Below, piece after piece: positions 25,959 through 32,000 of a DNA stretch of 32,000 nt (within the stretch, counting starts at the first letter, position 1; the number at the start of each line of letters is the position of its first letter). Under the pieces are notes generated by a model, which was not told where the DNA came from, searched no databases, and saw only the letters and a list, made by a program, of their open reading frames with translations. The stretch covers positions 1,470,001 through 1,502,000 of the forward strand of contig NZ_CP089977.1 in the NCBI RefSeq assembly GCF_025643275.1, written 5' to 3'. This DNA is from Moraxella nasicaprae. Its GTDB lineage: Bacteria > Pseudomonadota > Gammaproteobacteria > Pseudomonadales > Moraxellaceae. Position numbers and translations under genes: made by a program.

Positions 25959-26567
25959 TTAGCCAAGCAATTCGCCAAGCAATTTGGCTTGGGTGCGTTG
26001 CTGGTTTTGGGTGCTAAGACGATGGCAACGAACGATGGTTTGTAAATCAGACAATGCCACCGCAAATTCATCATTGATGACCACATAGTCAAATTTGTCG
26101 TACTGACGCATTTCGGTCAATGAGCCAGCCAAGCGTTTTTCGATGACCTCATTGCTATCTTGCCCACGATTGGATAGGCGACTACGCAAGGCTTCACGAC
26201 TTGGCGGTAGAATGAAAATCATCACCGCATCGGTAAATTTTTGTTTGACTTGCAACGCTCCTTGCCAGTCGATTTCCAAAATTACATCAATGCCTTGGTC
26301 AAGCAGTGACTGCACCGCTTGTTTGGAAGTACCGTAGTAGTTGTCAAATACTTGGGCGTGCTCCAAAAAGGCTTCATCAGCAAGCAGCTGCTCAAATTGG
26401 GCGACATCGACAAAATGATAATGTACGCCATTTTCTTCGGCAGGGCGTGGCTGGCGGGTGGTGTGCGAAATACTGACGCTTAGATTGTCTGTGGTGGCAA
26501 GCAGTTCTTTGACAAGGCTGGTTTTGCCCGTGCCAGAGGCTGCGGTAATGATGAATAATTTGCTCAT
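25959..26567 (-). CDS. gmk: Guanylate kinase
   Basis: P-loop [31 protein letters not shown] and EIDWQGA motifs. 202 aa. Confidence 0.95.
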   Translation of the reverse strand: MSKLFIITAASGTGKTSLVKELLATTDNLSVSISHTTRQPRPAEENGVHYHFVDVAQFEQLLADEAFLEHAQVFDNYYGTSKQAVQSLLDQGIDVILEIDWQGALQVKQKFTDAVMIFILPPSREALRSRLSNRGQDSNEVIEKRLAGSLTEMRQYDKFDYVVINDEFAVALSDLQTIVRCHRLSTQNQQRTQAKLLGELLG

Positions 26568-26706
26568 AACTTGCTCCCAAAGTCAATGAATGAAAAATAA
26601 TTTGCGATATTTTACCGCAAAAATGCGTTTGGCGTTAGGTTTATTGGCATAAATTTGATAAAATGAACAGCAGTTTGATAAATAATGATAGTAAAGAGTA
26701 GAAAAT

Positions 26707-27663
26707 ATGAAAATTTTATTGGCAAATCCACGAGGTTTTTGTGCTGGCGTGGACAGAGCGATTGCGATTGTGAATGAGGCGTTAAGACGCTTTAACCCGC
26801 CTATTTATGTGCGTCATGAAGTGGTGCATAATAAGTTTGTGGTGGAGGATTTGGCAAATCGTGGGGCGATTTTTGTAGAAGAGCTTGATGAAGTGCCTGA
26901 TGGAGCCATCGTGATTTTTTCGGCACATGGGGTATCCAAAGCGGTCGAAGATGAGGCGGCTCGCCGTGATTTGACGGTGTTTGATGCCACCTGCCCATTG
27001 GTCACCAAAGTGCATATCGAAGTGGGGAAATTTGCCAAAGAGGGCATGGACGCCATTTTGATTGGACACGCTGGACACCCTGAGGTGGAAGGTACGATGG
27101 GGCGATTTGACGAAAGTTTTGGCGGTCGTATTCATCTGGTTGAAGATGCTGATGATGTTGCCAAGCTAAATCTTGATGGCGATAAGCTGGCATTTGTGAC
27201 GCAAACCACTTTATCGATGGATGATACAGCGGTGGTGATTGATGCCTTAAAAAATAAATACCCAAGCATCAACGCACCACGCAAAGATGATATTTGCTAT
27301 GCCACCCAAAACCGCCAAGATGCTGTCAAAAAACTTGCCAGTCAATGCCAAGTGGTGCTGGTGGTGGGCAGTCCTAATTCGTCAAATTCCAACCGTTTGC
27401 GTGAGCTTGCTGAGCGTTTGGGGGCTAAGGCTTATCTGATTGATAATGCTGCCCAAATGAATCAATCATGGTTTGAGGGTATTGACAGTGTTGGGGTGAC
27501 GGCTGGGGCATCAGCACCAGAAGTGCTGATTCAAGAGGTGCTAGATACTTTGCAGGCATGGGGAGCAGATAGCCCAACAGAGCTTAGCGGTATTGAAGAA
27601 AATGTGACTTTTAGTTTGCCAAAATCACTCACCAAAGCACAAGGCGGCAATGATGCAGTTTGA
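26707..27663 (+). CDS. ispH: 4-hydroxy-3-methylbut-2-enyl diphosphate reductase
   Basis: [44 protein letters not shown] and [13 protein letters not shown] are IspH/LytB hallmarks. Confidence 0.95.
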   Translation: MKILLANPRGFCAGVDRAIAIVNEALRRFNPPIYVRHEVVHNKFVVEDLANRGAIFVEELDEVPDGAIVIFSAHGVSKAVEDEAARRDLTVFDATCPLVTKVHIEVGKFAKEGMDAILIGHAGHPEVEGTMGRFDESFGGRIHLVEDADDVAKLNLDGDKLAFVTQTTLSMDDTAVVIDALKNKYPSINAPRKDDICYATQNRQDAVKKLASQCQVVLVVGSPNSSNSNRLRELAERLGAKAYLIDNAAQMNQSWFEGIDSVGVTAGASAPEVLIQEVLDTLQAWGADSPTELSGIEENVTFSLPKSLTKAQGGNDAV

Positions 27664-29416
27664 GCCAAAACGCCTCACCCTAACACATCGCTGTTTGGAC
27701 AAACCCAGCCAGCAGATGATTTATGATGTGGGGTTTGAATCCATTGCTCGGGTGCTGCTGGCTCGTCAGGTGCATCAGGTGAGCGAACTGGACATGAATA
27801 TTGGGGCATTGTTGCCTGCTGCTGATTTGCTGGGCATCGATGAAGCGATTACATTGATTGATGATGCCATCGACCATCGCCAAAAAATCTTAATTATTGG
27901 TGATTTTGATTGTGATGGAGCGACCAGTACCGCCCTGATGGTGCGAGCATTGCGAGAAATGGGGGCGATGGTTGAGTTCTTGGTGCCTGACCGTTTCAAA
28001 TTTGGCTATGGTCTAACCCCAGAGATTGTCAAGCATGGAGCAGCGTTATATCAGCCCAATCTTATCATCACGGTGGATAATGGCATTTCAAGCCATGATG
28101 GTGTGCAGACTGCCAAAGAGTTGGGTATTAAGGTTGTGATTACCGACCACCACTTGACAACCAAGCCATCGCCACCTGCTGATGCGGTGGTCAATCCTAA
28201 TCAGCTTGATTGCACTTTTGGTAGTAAATGGCTGGTGGGCGTGGGTGTGGCGTTTTATGTGATGGGCAGGCTTGCCAAGCACAGACGCACGCTGGGCAAA
28301 AGCACAACGAATGTCAGTCAATATCTAGACCTTGTGGCACTTGGCACGGTGGCGGATTTGGGTGTGCTTGACCATAATAATCGCATTTTGGTCACGCATG
28401 GATTGAATGCCATTCGTCAAGGGCGTGCGTGCGTGGGAATTTTGGCGATTTTGGAGCAGTCGTCCAGAGACCACGAGACCATCACTAGCGAGGATTTTGG
28501 TTTTGCCATCGCTCCACGCATCAATGCCGCAGGGCGTATGGATAACATGCGTATTGGCGTGGATTGTTTGTTGGCGGACGATTGGGGCGAAGCACATCGG
28601 TTGGCGTTGGAATTGGGTAAACTCAATCAAAGTCGCCGCAGTATTGAGACTGCGATGAAAGATGAGGCGATTGCCATCATTGAAAAATTGCCCAATCTAT
28701 CAGGCGATGACCAAGACAAAGCAGTGGTGCTGTATCAAGATAATTGGCATCAAGGCGTGATTGGTATCGTGGCAGGTCGCATCAAGGAAAATCTATATCG
28801 CCCCAGCATTGTATTTGCCCCTGCCGACACCGAAAAAACAGGCGATGATGATTGGATTAAGGGTTCAGCTCGCTCCATCGCAGGCGTGCATATTCGTGAC
28901 ATGATTGAGGCGGTTGCCATCGAAGAGCCAGAGCTGATTGAGCATTTTGGTGGTCATGCGATGGCGGCTGGTCTGACCATCAAAAAAGCCAATTTTGACA
29001 GATTTGCACGATTATTTTGCCAAAAGGTTGCCAGTCTTGATGAATCGGTATTTTGTGAACAAAAATACACCGATGGCGAGCTATTTGCCGATGAATTTAG
29101 TCTGCATTTTGCCCATCAGCTCAAAAACATCAGCGTTTGGGGCAATGGCTTTGCACCGCCCAGTTTTGATGGTGAGTTTGAGGTATTAAACCACAGAGTG
29201 CTTAGGGATAAACACCTAAAATTAAGCCTAAGACAAAAAGGTGTGCAATACCCGATTGATGCGATTTGGTTTAATTATGATGCGTCTGTTTGGGATTATC
29301 GTGCCAGCAAAATACATATTTTGTATGCGGTGGACATCAATGAATGGCAGGGCAATCAAAGTTTGCAGCTGATTGTCAAGGATTTGGCGGTGTTGCAGAT
29401 TGTGGATTTTGTGTGA
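27650..29416 (+). CDS. recJ: Single-stranded-DNA-specific exonuclease RecJ
   Basis: DHH family motifs [23 protein letters not shown] and GGHAMAAG. 588 aa. ATG 27650 (or 27653) overlaps the ispH 3' end by 14 (or 11) nt, with AAGG SD upstream. Confidence 0.93.
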   Translation: MMQFEPKRLTLTHRCLDKPSQQMIYDVGFESIARVLLARQVHQVSELDMNIGALLPAADLLGIDEAITLIDDAIDHRQKILIIGDFDCDGATSTALMVRALREMGAMVEFLVPDRFKFGYGLTPEIVKHGAALYQPNLIITVDNGISSHDGVQTAKELGIKVVITDHHLTTKPSPPADAVVNPNQLDCTFGSKWLVGVGVAFYVMGRLAKHRRTLGKSTTNVSQYLDLVALGTVADLGVLDHNNRILVTHGLNAIRQGRACVGILAILEQSSRDHETITSEDFGFAIAPRINAAGRMDNMRIGVDCLLADDWGEAHRLALELGKLNQSRRSIETAMKDEAIAIIEKLPNLSGDDQDKAVVLYQDNWHQGVIGIVAGRIKENLYRPSIVFAPADTEKTGDDDWIKGSARSIAGVHIRDMIEAVAIEEPELIEHFGGHAMAAGLTIKKANFDRFARLFCQKVASLDESVFCEQKYTDGELFADEFSLHFAHQLKNISVWGNGFAPPSFDGEFEVLNHRVLRDKHLKLSLRQKGVQYPIDAIWFNYDASVWDYRASKIHILYAVDINEWQGNQSLQLIVKDLAVLQIVDFV

Positions 29417-29471
29417 GTATTGAGGGTGTTGTCAAGAAAATAAACCAGAGCCAATCAATGATGATAAAGCT

Positions 29472-29500
29472 AAAAAAATGGGCAAAAGATTGCCCATTTT
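29472..29500. terminator. Bidirectional terminator between convergent recJ and leuE
   Basis: AAAAAAATGGGCA - AAAGAT - TGCCCATTTT: a TGGGCA/TGCCCA stem flanked by an A7 run on the left and a T4 run on the right. Confidence 0.6.
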
Positions 29501-29513
29501 TATGATAAAACGG

Positions 29514-30158
29514 TCAGCTTAATTTACTCGCCCACATATTCACCGCAAATCCCAAAAACAGCACGCCAATCAGACTCATGCCAATCATTGACCAGATTGG
29601 ACGATTGGCAAATTTATCCGCCAGCGTTTTGCCCACGACAATCAGCAAGCCAAGATAGCTGATACTGATGAACTGCAAAATCATCGCCAAAATAAAAAAG
29701 GTCAGATAGGGCTTGGGGTAATTAGTATCAACAAATTGCACAAAGAATGACAGCAAGAATAAGATGGCTTTTGGGTTGGTTAGGCTAAGCGTCAAGGCTT
29801 TGGTAAAATAATTTTGACGACCAATTTGTTTGGGCTGATTGGACGATTTGTGAGGGCTACGATGGAGCTGATATACACCCATCAGCAGACGAATGCCAAG
29901 ATACGCCAGATACAGACCGCCAAGCAGTTTGATGATTTCAAACACCGTAGGATACAGTTTTAGCATGGTGCCTGCACCCAGTACAGTAGCAAGGATTAAG
30001 ATACTATCGCCAAACACGATACCAGCCGCTGCCATTGCCCCTGCTTTTTTGCCGTGCGTGGCAGACACCGATAAACAGTACAAGCTATTGACACCTGGTA
30101 AAATAATAATCATCACAACCGCCAGCAAGTAGGCGGTTAGGTCAGTGATGCCAAACAC
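29514..30158 (-). CDS. leuE: LysE/RhtB-family amino-acid exporter, LeuE (YeaS)-like, with GTG start
   Basis: [28 protein letters not shown]...FFILAMIL closely parallels E. coli LeuE ([28 protein letters not shown]). N-terminal LPGVNSLY motif. GTG start with SD AAGGAG 6 nt upstream. Confidence 0.8.
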   Translation of the reverse strand: [214 protein letters not shown]

Positions 30159-30180
30159 AAAATGCTCCTTTTTGGTTATT

Positions 30181-30834
30181 TTAATTGGCTGATGGCTTTT
30201 TTAATTGGATAGAAGGCAAATGCCAGTCAAATTTTACCGCCAGCATACGCACGCCAAATATGCTTATCAATGCTACCGTTTCTTTAATCCAATCAATCAC
30301 AGCAAAATGTGCTAAGCCAAGATACAAAGCGGAACCAAAAATACTGGCACTAATATAAATCTCTTTTTGTAGCACCATTGGAATTTCGTTGCAAATCATA
30401 TCACGCATGATACCGCCAGCAATGCTGGTTAAGACCGCCATCATCACAGCAATCAAAGGGTGTGCCTCAAATGATAAAGCCACCGTCAGACCAATCACGC
30501 TAAATGCTGCTAAGCCAATGGCGTCAAAGAATTTTAGGGCATTATCAATGCGTCCAATTTTGTGAAAAAACATCTGACACAGCAAAGAGGCAACCGTGAT
30601 GACCAGCAGATAATTCAAATCTTGCATCCAAAATAATGGGTGTCTGTCTAGCATGACATCACGCAAAGTACCACCTCCGATGGCATTGACCATTGAGACC
30701 AAAATACAGCCAAAAAAGTCAAATTGTTTGTGCATGGCAAGGGTGGTTGCAGCAATGGCACACGCCACCACGCCGACCATATCCAGCAGATAAATCATCA
30801 CATCTGGACGGACATATTCCATCAAAGCAATCAT
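30181..30834 (-). CDS. UPF0126 / TRIC-family inner membrane protein (YadS/YicG-like)
   Basis: A 7-TM-like ORF with the duplicated glycine motif of the family (AIGGGTLRD and IAGGIMRD). SD AAGGA 6 nt upstream. Confidence 0.8.
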   Translation of the reverse strand: MIALMEYVRPDVMIYLLDMVGVVACAIAATTLAMHKQFDFFGCILVSMVNAIGGGTLRDVMLDRHPLFWMQDLNYLLVITVASLLCQMFFHKIGRIDNALKFFDAIGLAAFSVIGLTVALSFEAHPLIAVMMAVLTSIAGGIMRDMICNEIPMVLQKEIYISASIFGSALYLGLAHFAVIDWIKETVALISIFGVRMLAVKFDWHLPSIQLKKPSAN

Positions 30835-30851
30835 CGTCTATCCTTACTTTT

Positions 30852-31601
30852 TTATTTGCCCTTAGCGTCTGCCCAGATGATTTTGTGCAGCTGTAATTGA
30901 TAACGCACGGGTAGAGCGTCTGCTAAAATCCATTCTGCCAGTTGCACAGCAATGCTTGGCACATCGGATTTGCGTTCATCAATCTCAAACATTGGCGAAA
31001 ACCATACTGTGCCAACTTTCTTATCCAGCTCATATTGGTGTAATTTCGCCACCGCCCAGTCATAATCAGCACGGTCAGCGATGACGATTTTTAGTTGGTC
31101 GTGTGGGGTTAGGTAGTCAATATTTTCCCATAAATTTTTATCCACTTCGCCAGATGATGGGGTTTTTAAATCCATCACTTTGGATACTTGAATGGGTACA
31201 TTTTGCACGCTCAACGCCCCAGCTGTTTCTAGCGAGATTTCATAGCCTAAGGAAAGCAGTCGCTCCATTAAGGCGATGGCGTTGGGCTGGGCAAGTGGTT
31301 CACCGCCTGTGATACAGATGCGTTTGCAAGGATAGCGACCGACTTCATTGATGATTTGCTCAATGCTAAACCGTTGTCCGCCTGTAAAGGAATAGGTCGT
31401 GTCGCAATATACACAACGCAGCGGACAGCCTGTCAATCGCACAAAAATGGTGGGCAGTCCAGCACTTAACGCCTCGCCTTGCAAGGAATAAAAAATCTCG
31501 GTCAGTTTTAGCCCTGCTTGTGGATCGCTGGTGGGGATTTTGGTGTTTCTTAGGGGAGCGGTTGAAAAAGTGCTAATATTCACGGTGTGTTTAGTTTTCA
31601 T
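30852..31601 (-). CDS. queE: 7-carboxy-7-deazaguanine synthase (radical SAM)
   Basis: EIFYSLQGEA, FVRLTGCPLRCVYCDT, ITGGEPL, SLETAG and LQLHKIIW match the Pseudomonas/Burkholderia-type QueE. The start is uncertain: ATG 31601 is chosen, with in-frame alternatives at 31640 and 31691. No choice has a good SD, and all leave an N-terminal extension of 30 aa or more. Confidence 0.85.
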   Translation of the reverse strand: MKTKHTVNISTFSTAPLRNTKIPTSDPQAGLKLTEIFYSLQGEALSAGLPTIFVRLTGCPLRCVYCDTTYSFTGGQRFSIEQIINEVGRYPCKRICITGGEPLAQPNAIALMERLLSLGYEISLETAGALSVQNVPIQVSKVMDLKTPSSGEVDKNLWENIDYLTPHDQLKIVIADRADYDWAVAKLHQYELDKKVGTVWFSPMFEIDERKSDVPSIAVQLAEWILADALPVRYQLQLHKIIWADAKGK

Positions 31602-31777
31602 CTTGGCAAAAATAACCCCATATTCTAACAGAATTGGCATAAAAAATCCCAAACCAACCCATTTGGTTACAAAATTTTTATAAAAAATCAATCATCAATG
31701 CTAAAAAAATCATCAATTTCTTTAAATACGTCCAAAAAATGCTTTTATTTTTTTAAAAAAAGTGTATTATGCCCAGT

Positions 31778-31813
31778 CTTGCAAAGCGTTTTTGCAAGCT
31801 GAACATCGTTCAG
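31778..31813 (+). promoter_or_regulatory. Two tandem hairpins in the dat 5' region
   Basis: CTTGCAAA-GCGTT-TTTGCAAG (31778-31798) is immediately followed by CTGAAC-ATC-GTTCAG (31799-31813). A possible -10 TATTAT sits at 31765-31770. Confidence 0.3.
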
Positions 31814-31881
31814 TTGTTATTATCCACCCTAAGTCAAAGGAAAAGATAGCCAGACTTAATTTTTTATAAAGGTATCCTAAT

Positions 31882-32000
31882 ATGAATACTCCTGTTAATC
31901 CAGTTCCAAATGCCACCAACGAATATTATTTAAATCGCCAAAATGCGATGGAGTCCAATGTTCGTAGTTATCCTCGTAAACTTCCATTAGCAATCGCCAA
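31882..32000 (+). CDS. dat: Diaminobutyrate--2-oxoglutarate aminotransferase, N-terminal 39 codons (continues beyond the window)
   Basis: [39 protein letters not shown] matches my memory of the Acinetobacter Dat N-terminus (NATNEYYL...[17 protein letters not shown]). SD AAGG upstream. The ORF is too short for the ORF track. Confidence 0.7.
   Translation, partial: MNTPVNPVPNATNEYYLNRQNAMESNVRSYPRKLPLAIA

Noticed and set aside
5786-31534. E. coli Chi octamer GCTGGTGG seen four times on the plus strand (5786, 27357, 28231, 31527) and none noticed on the minus strand
   Set aside because: The count is small and was made by eye, so it is not exhaustive. The octamer is built from common Ala/Gly/Trp codons, and I do not know the Chi sequence for this lineage. 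A genome-wide strand-skew count would be needed before drawing any conclusion.
1-32000. Defence systems, toxin-antitoxin pairs, prophage or IS elements, CRISPR arrays, tRNA or rRNA genes
   Set aside because: Every ORF above ~200 aa except 17801-19502 matches a housekeeping family. I saw no direct-repeat arrays, no integrase, transposase or terminal inverted repeats, and no cloverleaf-like GC-rich intergenic segments.

Overview
This window looks like core chromosome from a moderately AT-rich gammaproteobacterium. Protein sequences and gene order resemble Moraxellaceae (an inference from an Acinetobacter-like Dat N-terminus, a SpoT with a degenerate synthetase domain, and no LexA box at recA). 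Gene order: smc (3' part), rpsB-tsf, pyrE, gshB, a partial dcw cluster (murG-murC-ddlB-ftsQ-ftsA-ftsZ), rnm/trpH, recX and recA (minus strand), a ~500-bp ORF-free spacer, trmB, a DUF2628/pilin-like membrane protein plus a TraX-family protein, priA and yfeX (coupled), ridA, spoT, rpoZ, gmk, ispH-recJ, leuE, a UPF0126/TRIC membrane protein, queE and the start of dat. I saw no rRNA, tRNA, CRISPR array, IS or transposon, integrase, or recognisable defence or toxin-antitoxin module, so I cannot claim a clear novel multi-gene system. Two loci deserve follow-up. (1) The recA-trmB spacer carries a tight cluster of consensus DnaA boxes, two palindromes and an AT-rich tract. (2) A two-gene unit encodes a polytopic DUF2628 protein fused to a type IV pilin-like domain with no prepilin signal, next to a TraX (pilin-acetylase family) homologue. 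Smaller points: a ~115-aa disordered N-terminal extension on RecX, a SpoT whose synthetase catalytic motifs are all substituted, a TGATG overlap coupling yfeX to priA, terminator and promoter modules that split the dcw and gmk-rpoZ-spoT clusters, and recurrent TGTTATAAT extended -10 elements. All promoter, terminator and start-codon calls were made by eye and are unverified.
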